Assembly (NCBI GenBank): GCA_038496445.1
Contig: JALMLS010000466.1
Coordinates: 558,001-622,000, forward strand
Reading direction: 5' to 3'
DNA: 64,000 bases
DNA from: Trichosphaerium sp. ATCC 40318
Lineage: Eukaryota; Protista; Tubulinea
Below, one piece after another: positions 1-11,783 of this stretch (the first letter of the stretch is position 1; every line of letters begins with the position of its first letter). The notes under the pieces are model-generated. The model searched no databases. It had not been told where the DNA came from and saw nothing but the letters and a program-made list of their open reading frames with translations. A program made the translations under genes and the position numbers.

Positions 1-1123
1 GCATGATGTTTTCTCTTTCCTTATTTTTTCTTGTTTTCTTTCTACTCTATTGTACCCTTATCGACTTTCTTATAAACTATGTAAAGGTAGTACAACTTCT
101 GGAGGATGATAGAATCACAGCTGCACAAGCGCAGAACTTGAAATCAGCTGTATCAACTGCTTTGCTACAACTTCCTGAAGAATTTTCTGAACAAGATTTA
201 TACGAAACAATATGTGGTTTATCATATCTTGGTGATATTCGTAATAGAGTATCCGCAGAGAGTCCAACAAAAGTGATGGACTTGGTTAATAAAGGCGATA
301 ATTTCGAGCTTATTAAAGGCCTATACAGTAACACAATACAACAACTTTCAAAAGAAAAATACATGTCAATAAAAAGTAAAGGACAAGGCAAAAACGTACC
401 AGATGTCTTCATGGTACGATGACTTTTTCTTTAAACTCTTATCTCCTTCATAACTTGAATCTAAACTGTGCGTAGCAAGATCATTTGAATCATATTAAGC
501 TCATGGGAACGCTTCCTATTAATCTAAAAAATATAATATTAAAACATAATGCAAAAAAAAAACAATCCGAAGCTGAAACATTTAAACGTATTGTACAAGC
601 TAAAAAAACAAGAAAAGTAGTGAGACAAAGTGTGAGTATTATATAACTACTATATTTAAATACGTAATAACTTACTGACGTATTTACAGGTCGGAAAAAT
701 TGTTTCAACATCAAGTAATGCAATGGTACGTACAACTTTTCTTATTTTTTTCACTTTTTCTTATAAATTGTTTACTAGGTACTTAACGGATTTCTTGCAT
801 CTGGAGTTGGACGAAGTTTATTCTACGTAGCGTAAGATTATCTTCAAAGATATCAAGATTGTTTTAATCAAGTGGTAGGCGTAAATTCCGAAAAGGACTT
901 AACGGTGAAAGCAGAGGACGTGATACACTTCTTAAAAGACCAAAAATGGCTGTTGATCAAGCTATGGCGAATAAAGAGCTCCCTCGATTGCCTCCTAAGC
1001 CAAGGAAAGTGAGACGCTAAAAAACCGCTTCCAACACCAGAAACCAACCAACAAAAACCCATGTACAACAAAATTTTAAATGACATGGCTGCAAGAGCTC
1101 GTGTCGAACCGCTGTACTCTTAA
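1..1123 (+). CDS. TAM41: Mitochondrial phosphatidate cytidylyltransferase Tam41/Mmp37, 5'-truncated, spliced
   Basis: NLKSAVSTALLQLPEEFSEQDLYETICGLSYLGDIR..AESPTKV matches the Tam41 core; several GT-AG introns; stop TAA at 1121-1123. Confidence 0.85.
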
Positions 1124-1556
1124 CCTGAATAGTTGATTAAAATACGTGATGAAGGTAATTCAAGGCTCTTTCTACATAATTTAGTTTACTGGTTGGAAAT
1201 GTTTTGATTGAAAGATATGCGTGTAGTTTCATACCAGACTCGCACGTGGCTACTTCGAACAGATTTTACTAATAAACTTGCGACAAATATACTCTATCAC
1301 GCCGTCTCGACATGAGCCTGACCAAGAATGCGCTTGGAACAAAGGTTTACTTAAGTACACTTCAAGTGCCGCTAGCCAACAGTTTAAACTATGTGCTAAC
1401 CCTTAACCTTTAAAATGCGCTGATTGTGTATGACATGAAGCTCACAATACCGGATAAACGTTGAACACTACAACATTCCAATCGTTCACAACATCGACGC
1501 ACAGTTGTGAACTATGTGAGTCTTGTTTACCCCATACTCAATCGACTCAAAACGCA

Positions 1557-1936
1557 ATGCACCTCTTCGACTCACTTGCCATCGCCTGTCTACTTGTAAT
1601 GCTCATATGCCCTGCAGCTAGTACTGAAGAAGAGGAGGAGGCACAAACTTGTTCTGGAAAATGGTGTTCAAGATTGTTCACCAATGACACTGGAAAGACT
1701 TATTGTGGGGACAGGTGGGGTACGTGCCCTTCAAAACGTTTCATGAGCTACGCTTTGATATTAATTTGTTAGTTTCACTGTTGGTCTTACCTAAGTAGTA
1801 TGATAAAGTCTCAGGTTCAAAAAAATGTAAAAAGTGCATTAAACGTACTGCAGGTGGCAAGAAATGCAATCACCGAGATGGCCAAATGCACCAAAACCCC
1901 GTCGGCAACAGCATCACAAAATACGAGTGTAAATGA
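1557..1936 (+). CDS. Small secreted Cys-rich protein, splice structure uncertain
   Basis: Signal-peptide-like MHLFDSLAIACLLVMLICPAAS, then CSGKWC..CGDRW. Downstream frame YDKVSGSKKCKKCIKRTAGGKKCNH..YECK*. The simplest splice leaves an in-frame TAG. Confidence 0.5.
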
Positions 1937-2530
1937 TTTTTTTGTACCTAAATCTTGAACTGTTTAAGTCAAAATTACCAACAAAAAAAAAAGTGTAAAC
2001 AAATAAGGTAGCATGTTGCTTAAATGCTTGTATTCAATTGCTATTAAGGTGTCATATGATAAACAAATTTATTTTGAACGTTACAAAGAATGCATACTTA
2101 ATGAGATTCGCGTTTGTTGAACTAGTGGTAGCCTAGGGAGGTTAGAATACTTGGGAAAACACAAATAATATCAAGGTAGTCATAGCTTTGTTTTGGTTGC
2201 ATGTTGGGAAACTGAGTTGTAGAGAGCTTCTTTTCTGTCCTTAAATTAAAGAAAATGTAATTACTTGGGTATAATACAACGCTATATAACAAAGACGTTT
2301 ACCAGGTTGCGCTACATTTATGTACTAAAGCTGCTACCAGTAACTTCCTTTAGTTTGAAGTGTACTTTGCCCTTCACAATAGCAAGCACAATTGAATGGG
2401 CAGATGGATATGCAGTAATTTGATTTGTTAAGTAACACAGGTTACAATATGCTACAATGGCGCTGTTACCGTGATTCTTGTAAAATTGTCATAACAACAA
2501 GTTGAGAAACTTTGAGTTGGGTTTTAGTGG

Positions 2531-3986
2531 CTACAGCGGTAGAACAATTACAGGTGATGGTACTTGAGTTGTGATGCCGCTGAACTTAAGCAATCCGTCG
2601 TCATTGATTAGAAACGTTATTATACTATTAGTATTTTGGTTTGCTACTAACATGTATTCGCCTGTCTGGTCAATAGCAAAAGATCTAGGATACTACAAGA
2701 AAAAAATAAGAAAAGTTGTTTGTGAAGTCTACGTACAAGGCCTTCAGAACCAATTATCTGTTTATTTTCAACAAGGCCAGTATCAGGATCGATGGCAAAC
2801 ACAGAAATAGAGTTATGACCCCTATTAGAAGCGTATAGAATATTTGGAAGCTTTGGATGGAGTACGATTTCAGCGGCAATGTTGAATCCATTATAAACAA
2901 ATGGTAAAGTAGAAACAACCTGGAAAGGCTGCAAAATACCACCTCTGAGATAGCATGATGTTACCTAAATAGCTTATCAAAACAACCCAACAGAACCCAC
3001 TGATTTCGGGCATACAGTACTAGCTGTTTCTGATACGATGTACGCATATTTCAGCGAGCTGTGTAGCACTGCATGTCGAGTTCCTGTGTTTGCGCTAAGC
3101 TGTATAAATGGCTCGATGCTGTTTGGTGTCAGTGGTGCTTTTAAGGTATTCGGTTTAACATCAAGGTCGTATTGATACACTCTAGACAAACCCAGATCCA
3201 TGGTAAACGCGTAAGAATTATCATGACCAATAACCACTTCATGAGCGCGAGGATTTTTTGTATTATTATGCTGAATCATCTGAATAGTTGGAGAAATATA
3301 GCCTGTTAAGAAATAGTCAAACAACAGCATACAGTTTTCTCGAAGTGTCTTGTACCGTTGGCGACAGGGAAAACTGCAATGTTACCAGTACCTATTCCGT
3401 TACAATGAGTATGTGTAGGTCTGAGAAAAAGAGCGCAGGAGTTTAAAGTACCGAAATTCGCAACAAAGACATAGTTCCCTGTTTTATCAGTTATCACGTG
3501 ACATGCGTATTGTCCATAAGTTGGTTGGACGCTAAGTTCTTCCAAGGTATAATTTGATGCTATACGAAAACTAGTAACATTCGATTCTTCACCTTCGTTG
3601 ACAGCATAAATATACTTCTTTGTTGGATCAACAGTTAAAAACGAAGGACTTTCTTTGTGAATGGTTAGCACGTTTTTTGTGTTTCAAAAATCCTTACGTA
3701 AGGCGTTCATACTTACTTGTTTTAACTGCTTGGCCATCGTTTATAGGCGTGAGTTTACCAAATGCGAAGGTAAAAGCATAAATACCTAGCGAAAAATAAG
3801 TTTTCGAATTAAAGAGTCTAATGCCTACCTTCTCCGTTACCGCCCATTTCTGGCGTATAGGTACCCACATATACTACTTGCTCAGCTATTGTAGAGGTTA
3901 ACAGGATGGCTAGATTAGAAATACGTACCAACAACGCAAGAACAGAGAATAATAAGGCAGGCGTATACGTGACTTGTTGTAAACAT
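2531..3986 (-). CDS. 6-phosphogluconolactonase-like 7-bladed beta-propeller lactonase with signal peptide
   Basis: VYVGTYT, SPSFLTV, YVFVANFG, PRAHEV, GTRHAV, AAEIVLHP..LYASNRGHNSISVF, VANQNTNSI motifs across exons. Confidence 0.9.
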
Positions 3987-4493
3987 TGGGGTTTAAAGTG
4001 CGTTGTGATACAAAATACGAATTCGTGAGTAATGTAGAATGGATAACGTTAGTTACCATTCACACTCACTTACTAGAAACACTGATAGAGTAAGGTTTAT
4101 AGGACGTATTTTTTCCACATAGAAACGGATCGTTGAATCCAACTTATTTGATGAATACGTCAAAAACCGTTCACCTCAGCGTTTTTCCTCAGTTTCTCAA
4201 CTGTTTCCTGTATTTTCTATTTCACAAGCTCCTTTTGATGTTAAGTGGTCACTAGTCGTAAGACAAAACATTTGTATTGTAGCTGAGTCTTTGTCGTTGC
4301 TTCGGTGGAAATTCTGTGCTAATTTGAAGGACAAATATTTTGTTTATTTAATAGAAGGATGATGTTCTTTGCTGGTGAGAGAACGTAAAATGGTTTGTTA
4401 TTTATCTCTTTGTGCAACAAATGTTATCTGCGCCACCAGGGCAAAGACCGCTTGTAACAACTCCATCACAAGTAGAACGGTCTTGGCAAGTGC

Positions 4494-6673
4494 TTATTTT
4501 TCCTTTTACAACACATCTGTTCTTGTTGAGTGGGAATGTTCCCAAAAATGTCTGTGCTTCTACAGTTCTACGTCTTGATACTCTATTATTGGGGATAATT
4601 CTGAAGTCTGCGTAGATTGTGTCTACAAAGAAGGTGATTAGTTTTTTTTCTCACAAATACAAGTGTAGTTAAGTACTTCTGTCTCTGACACCGCTGTTGA
4701 TAGTCTTCAATAAGTCTGATTGAAGGAACTTTGAACTACCAGCTGAGAATACAAGTGAAGCCAAAGCATCAAATTCGTATTTCTTCAAAGGAACAGTAAC
4801 ATACTTCCTGAAAAGCAAAAATTAGATGTGAATACTGTTTGTCTTATTCTCTTACTTGATCGTTCTGGCAGCACCTCTTGCGATATCGTGGCGAAGTACA
4901 TCACGTGCTTCTCTTTCTGTCAAAGGAGGAGAAACTCTGTATTGCTATTGTGCAAAAAACGTCAGTCTTCAACTTGGAACTCTTAAAGATAACTTGAAAA
5001 GGTTTTGTTTGGTTACCTTTCCTTTGTATGTTGTAGCTGCCATTGTCATACATTTCATACACTTATGACCGAATCCAATAGTTTTGATATCTCTATTATA
5101 CCTTTTGGTGTCCGATGGAAAGTTTCAAAGTCTTCAATAAGATCCAAACCTACAGGTCCAATTTTAATGTTTTTGTTTGGAGAAGGTTTTCTTGGGACTT
5201 CTGGTTTCTCTTCTTCTTTTGGGTTTACTGGTCTAACTGGCATTGCTTTAACGCAACTAATATAACAAGTTAGATCTAATGATAACGAGGAGTAGTTGAA
5301 GTGAACATAAAACTACGAACCATTGTGTAGTATCAGGACAACGAGCGTTTGCAACAGATCTTCCTGCACAAGAACCTGAGTTCTTACAGATACCGCTAGT
5401 TCCACCTACATGCAATTAGTTATACATAAAAATGACACTAAGAAATAAGAGACGCACGACTAGTAGCACATTTTACAGGAAACTGTGGTTTTGGTTTTTC
5501 TATTTCTTTTGGTTCTACACAACTAAAGGAAAAGAGATACAAATAAGTATCTAAATACAACTCCATTTATACGAACCATTGAGTTCCTTTTGGGCAACGA
5601 GTGTTAAAAGTAGATTCACCTCTGCATGAAGTTGCACGTGTGCAAATACCATCAGTTCCACCTGTATGAATAAGTAAACTGGTACTCTACAAAAACAACC
5701 AATAACGTACGATTAACAGCGCATTTCACAGGAGGCTGTGGTGTAGGTAAACTCGTTCCACGAATGCAACGTGGACCAACCTTAAAACCAGAAGGAGGTG
5801 ATTCCTTAAGTGCGTTCTCTGTTTGTCTACCCATAAAACCATCAACAACAATACGGTTGTTGCGTCCAACATTGCGGTTGTAAAGCCTTAAACAAGGATA
5901 CTTAGAACGATAGAGCGCGTACATGGAGCGAATAATACATCGGTAACAAACGTACGCTTGGAATGCCTTGATAGAAGTGTCTCCAAATGGCGTCACACGG
6001 TCTCTTCTATAATAAAATGACTCCTTAGCACCCCTCGCTGGGTTGTTTTCAAAGCCAAATTTTATCAAAGTAGGACGCCATAATTTGTAGTTCTCAACGT
6101 CAATTTTGAGTCCAGAGCTAGACAAACCATGACCTAGTTCGTTGTTAGGAGTTGTAAACAAAGTACGACATACCAAATCGTGGTCGAATAGGACCGAAAC
6201 AAAGAGGTGCTTGTGTATACAGGTAGTGTTGTACAAGCGTAACTAAAGCTCCAATAACTAGAAGTGGTTCTTCTGGAGCATCTGGGGAATTTACCGCTTG
6301 AATTAAAGCGTCAACGACTCTAGGTCTTAGGTATCTAACGGCAGTTAGGTTTATTTAAGCTTCGGGAATTTTAGAAAGAAGAAAAAGGATTTACCCAACT
6401 GCGCTCTCTCCGACAATAATTTGTTCGTGTATGCCTTCAATGGACTTTAATTGGTTGGCTTTGAGGCAGTTTACTTCTTGTGCAAGTTGTTTACCTAAAC
6501 CAACCACAGACTTGGTATCACACGCCTCAGGGAGGTCAAGAACAACTAAAATGTGATTTGTGAGCGAATGGGTATTAAAACTGAATCTAACCATTTCCAA
6601 CCTTATCAGTAGGTGACATTGAGTGTGCCAAAGCTATTACAGCCACCAAAAGTAAGGTGAGACAAGCTTTCAT
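4494..6673 (-). CDS. Secreted modular lysin: degenerate M15-like domain + peptidoglycan-binding domain + 2 Cys-rich repeats + GH24 lysozyme; one frameshift near 5100
   Basis: Signal peptide; IKAFQ..YNRN..IVVDGFMGRQTENALKESP (PG-binding); GLDLIEDFE..TIGFGH..VTVPLKKYEFDALASLVF..RRRTVEAQTF (GH24). Confidence 0.85.
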
Positions 6674-6872
6674 TGTGTTTTGGTTAAATGACTGTACCAA
6701 AAGCGTCGTCCAAAATGAAAAAAACTTTCTTGTTTTAGAAAATTTGCTGTACTTTTTTAAGATTCTGTGGAGTATCTGTACATATTTTTAGTAGTAGAGA
6801 GATCATCTCATAGTTGAAGTTGATGTACAAAAGAAGTTTCATTATTTACAAATTTTATCATAGAATTCTCGA

Positions 6873-8230
6873 CTACTCTTGCTTGTTTGCAAGGTTTCTT
6901 TCTTCGTTTATGTTCCATACTAGTATGCCCATACGTAGTAACTTTTTTCTTAATCCCACGCAATGTCCCATGTCTGCTAGAAGCTATAGTACAAAAACAA
7001 GAGATTAACTTAATAGCACAAAAAAACGGCATAAAAGTACGTACTTTTGCTGCTTCCACAAACGTTTGACGGAGACTCCCAGGACACAGGTTACTTTAAA
7101 ATGAGAGTAAGTTGATGAATTTGTTTGCACATGAGCGCTAGTACCTTGCACTTAAATGTGCGTTCTTCCAATCCTCAAAGAACTCAAAAATCTCCTCACC
7201 AGCACTCATTCTAAATTACTTAATAAGACATCCAAGGAAGTTTACTATTAACGTACTTGTGTATGAAATTCTTTGGGAGAACTGGCTGGAAAATACCTTT
7301 GTAGGGAAGTTGAGTATGAATTAAACGTGGTGTGAAAAGTACCTGGAGCACAACCCCACTTGAAATTTGTACAAAAAACAACTGCTTCTAAAATATATCC
7401 TTGCTCGTTGTAATCAACTTTTCGAACAATATTAGAAACCCACACCCTAGCTAAGTTTAGGAGATATCCAATCCAATAAACAGCAAAAATGTTATATCAT
7501 ACCTTCCAAAAGGATCCGAAGTTCCTTCAAGTATCAAGCCACCTACAAAAGGCAGTAAGAAAAAAAAAAGAGCTCAACTTCAAAAAACACGTGCCTGGTA
7601 ACACTTGTTGTGACATTATTCTGAAAGCTTGAGGCACAAAGTCTTCTTCGTAATGCTGCCTTAGTACATTAAAGGCACGTACTAATCTTACAGACTCTGG
7701 TTTCCCAGCAACTGTTTTTAATGGAAAGTTAAAGCCACCTACAGTTGGACTCCAAATAAATATAATGATTCATTTAATGTTTAACCAAACTTTCTTACCT
7801 TTTCGAAATGTTGTATTGCCATCAGCGTATTTCTGTGCTTTACGAACGCGCTCATTTTCAATCTCTAGGCCTAGTACCTTCAAATCCGGGTTATGCCTAT
7901 TGTAAGAGTTACATCAAAGCGATTTGAGGAGTCTTGTCGCTATTTATGCGTAAGTACGTTCTAAACCGTTTTGCACTCTCCATTGTTGTTATTGGTAGCC
8001 GCCCATACCCCAAATCAACGAATAAGGCTTCTTTCCAGGGTCCATCTTCGCGTGTAACTATTTCCTGTGCATAATGCAACAAAAACGCATCTAGCCTTCT
8101 CAATCTATTATGAGCAGTCTTTCCGCGCGTACCCTGGCCTATTTATCGATAAGTTTATTAGTTTAGGCCAATTTAGCGTTTAGATGCAAATACCTTGCGC
8201 CTTTTTAAAGTGTATATGCTTTTGCTTCAT
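6873..8230 (-). CDS. Bacterial-type class I SAM-dependent methyltransferase-like protein, spliced
   Basis: TRGKTAHNRLRRLD, VDLGYGRLPITT, VLGLEIENERV, FRKGGFNFP, VRAFNVLRQ, GGLILEGTSDPFG resemble an actinobacterial/Chloroflexi methylase family (from recall). Confidence 0.75.
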
Positions 8231-8799
8231 TTATATCCAAATGGGTTTTGCTCGTTGTGACAAAATGTCAAAATTGTGTTGAAGTTAAAAGAATATTGTT
8301 CAGATTTTCGTAAAACCAGCAAGCTTTTTCACAGTCTACCACAATTATACACCACGCCCATTAAACCACATTTACATTGATACAAGCGTTGCACTAGTAC
8401 AAAAATAGAGCAGAAGAAAAACAAGAAAAAAAAACTAATGTCACAAACACTTTTCTGTAAGGTCATTGTGGAGGAAGAACATGTGTCAAAATTTAGATGA
8501 AAGATTCCTACTGTTGACACTAGAATTGCAGCCATCCATTAAATGCAACCACAGCGATCAACAGTTTTTTTTTTACGACCTGCACTGCTTGTCTATTTTT
8601 CGGCATAAAAACCAGAGTGGGAAGCATAGTGGTATAGGACGTGCTCCATTTTATTATTAATTTTTTTTTGGACATACTACTACACTGTGTGCACGAAATA
8701 CAAGTATAAAATTGAATGGCTAAAAAAGATTGAGAGAGATTGGTTCGAAATATGATTTTTTTTTTTTGGTTTTGTTCTCCAAAAATAAACCAAATAAAT

Positions 8800-11396
8800 T
8801 TATTGATGAGGATGATCATCAGCATCTTCCCAGTCATCTGGTTCTTCAAAATCTTTGACAATTGGCATCTCTTCGTATGTTTCAACAGGAGCAGGGAAAG
8901 TATGAAGGATTTCAATTTCTTTCTCACCAAAAGATAAATCATACTCCATAAGGAATGTATCACGATCTTCTGGAAGAACATTTACAGATAACCTAAAGAA
9001 AAGAAAACGTAAGCAAAACGAACACAAAAGCAAGAGAGACAAGGCAAAACCAAAGAAAAAAAACGGAGAAAAGAAAAAAGAAAACGACTTCCGGGACTAG
9101 CAGGCCGCTCAAAAAACAGTCTGTAGGTAAAATAAACGTACATAGATTTAAACAAACGAGAAATCTTTGCTCTGGCTACATCGTCGTGACCAGATCTACA
9201 CAAAACAAGTCAACACAAACAAGTCTACGCTCCTTTCTTTTCAAAAAAACAGAAAACAAACAAACAATAGAACGTACGATGAACGTGTCAAATCAAATAA
9301 TTTTTCAAGTTTCTCGAAACGACGGCTTTGCATATGGTTGAACTCGGCCAAGAATGATCTTATTGGGTAGATAGCCTCTTCAAGTTGTTTTTCCCATGCA
9401 TCAACCTCAGCAACTTGCTTCTTGGCTTCAGCAGTAGCTTCTTGGTACTCTTTCTTGAGTTCCCAGATTTTGACTTGCTTTTTCTTTTTTTTCTCGCTCC
9501 ATTCTGCGTAGTATGGCTCTTTGATCAACTCTTCTGGTGTTGTATTTTCAAGTTTAAGTGTAGCAATAGTATTGTACATTGTTCTCTTGATTCTATCAAT
9601 GTTCTTTTGAGAGTAAAGAGAAAATTGCTCATCAGTCTTAACAATCTCTTCTGGGTCGGTATCAAGTGTGATTTCAGGCTAAACAGAACCAAAGTAAGTT
9701 CGCGTAAATGAAGATGTTCAAGAAAAAAGAAATTAGCTCCTTTTTCACGTTGAGAGCGTTTTTACTCTAACGTTGTCACCACAAGTCAAAGAACTATGTC
9801 ATGACAATACAACCAATAGATTTTTATAAGCGCAAAAAAAAGCAAAAAAAAGTGTTTGGAGCGTTTAGGGTACACTAAGAAAAATGAAAAGTAGTTCTAT
9901 TACTACGCACCATGACGAAAGGTCTGCCCCAGTACTTGAATCTCTAAAAAAGAAACGCTATAAGTACAAAACACCCAGAAAACCGAAAAACCCAAAAAAA
10001 AAAAATCGTACAAGGTTTTGTTTCTTGGCCTCAGCAAGTCCTTCCTTATTACCACTGGCTTCAAGCTCCTTCATTTCTTCATCAGAGACAGGTTTAGGTA
10101 GACCTTTTTTCTGTGCTTCGCTCAGTTCAGCGTAAATCTCAACTCTCAATTTTTCGCGCTCATCAACTTCATCCTTGAGGTTGTGCAAAGCAGTTTCCTT
10201 CTTGTTAGCGCTATGGATCAAATTCAATGCATGTCTTGTCTTTACTGCCTTCTCATTCTCATCGAGTCTCTCTTCAACAGCACGAAGCATAATAACGAGT
10301 TCTTCATTATCGCGAATATGTTGCTTCTTTTCTTCGCGTTCTGGTCCTTCTTCATCTAGGATAGCCATCTCGTTGATCTCTTCTTCAGATAGCTTCTCTG
10401 GTAGGTCCATTCCTTTGGTGATACCACGCATAACCTCAATAAACTTTGAGCGGACTTCTTTGGTATTAATCTTTTCTTCCAAGTCACGCATGTAATTATC
10501 TTCCTCAGTTAGCCAGTGCTTATCAGAAAGAATATGTCTAGCGGTAAACATAAGTTTCAAAGAGAAAAGAGCTAATCAAAGAAAGTTCGACACTTTGTTC
10601 TATTTTTTTGAAAAAAAACTGTTTTGGCGTTTTGATGGCTTCAGTGGTTACCTTGTGACTTGGTACCAGAAGTAACGTTTCTCTTCAATACGGTGAGGCT
10701 GTTCGAGGTACTCTTTGATGTTGAAAGGATTTTCAGACTGAAAAAGCGTTAGCGAAGCCGAATAGTAGGAAAGGCAAAAAGTAGCGTGTTTTTTGCCGTT
10801 TAGAGAAACATACACCAGGTCTGAGATGTTTATGGCAAACATAATCGTGGTCTTCAAACCAATCGTTCCATTCCTCCTCAGTTGGCAAAGGACAAGTTCT
10901 TGCTTCCCAATAGAGGCGCCTGTCTACACGGCAGAAAATGTAATGATACCAAGGCTCATTTGGAGCGCGCAATTGGGTAGTACTAAGTGAATTAGAGCGT
11001 GCCATACACAAGGCAACAAAATAATAGCGTTTTGAATGATCAAGAGCGAGTTATTGGTTGAACCCAGAACGTACTCTCCCAAATGCCATGTTTTGAACTC
11101 TCTGAGTGCATTAGCCCAATAAGTGCCAGTAAATACTGAAGGGCTAGGAGCAACAGGCTCAGCTTTAGCCTCAGTTCTTGTGACAATGCGATCTGGGCGG
11201 TATGTGTCCTTTGCGCGGTAGGCACGACGACCTCTTAGCGAATGTGGTGCTGTCTTGTCTACATTCTAAAAATTAAGTATTAAGCTATTGTAAGGGCTCC
11301 ACGCTGCTCCAAGGGTTTTTCTTTAGTTTCCCAGCTTTATTTGTGTACCTTCGTAACAAGCACCGCTCGTGACCTTTGAGCAACTTTAAGAAACAT
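8800..11396 (-). CDS. Large predicted mitochondrial coiled-coil protein with C-terminal Cox1-c-like motif
   Basis: N-terminus MFLKVAQRSRAVLVTK..LRGRRAY resembles a targeting presequence; E/K-rich helical body; C-terminal IEILHTFPAPVETYEEMPIVK. Confidence 0.6.
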
Positions 11397-11783
11397 GGTT
11401 GCTTTATTATTCGAGTACGAAGCCTCTGGTTTGAATACAAGCGACCGACTTTTTAACCATGGTTTTTCAAAAACAAACCACCAAAAAACAATTCACCGCA
11501 AGCGCCGTTTACTGTGATGTTATGTGAGCCACAAGAACGCTAACTTGTCTGGGTTTGTTTGGGTAAAGAACGTTGAAACAAGAGCTTTTAGATTCTCCTT
11601 GGCGAGAGGTAGCGCTGGTGTTTTTTGCTATTTAGCCGTTCATTCGTAAAAATGCACTTTTTTTTTTGCGGATAGTGTATTGTTTGTAGCCGCGAATGAA
11701 GCAAACTACGTTACATATCATGACCATCGGATTAGACTGCCAAAAATCGTGTTTGGGCAGAACTGTTTTTCTGGATTTGGGCT

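Noticed and set aside
1397-1410. Telomere-like taaccct/taacctt
   Set aside because: Only two imperfect units
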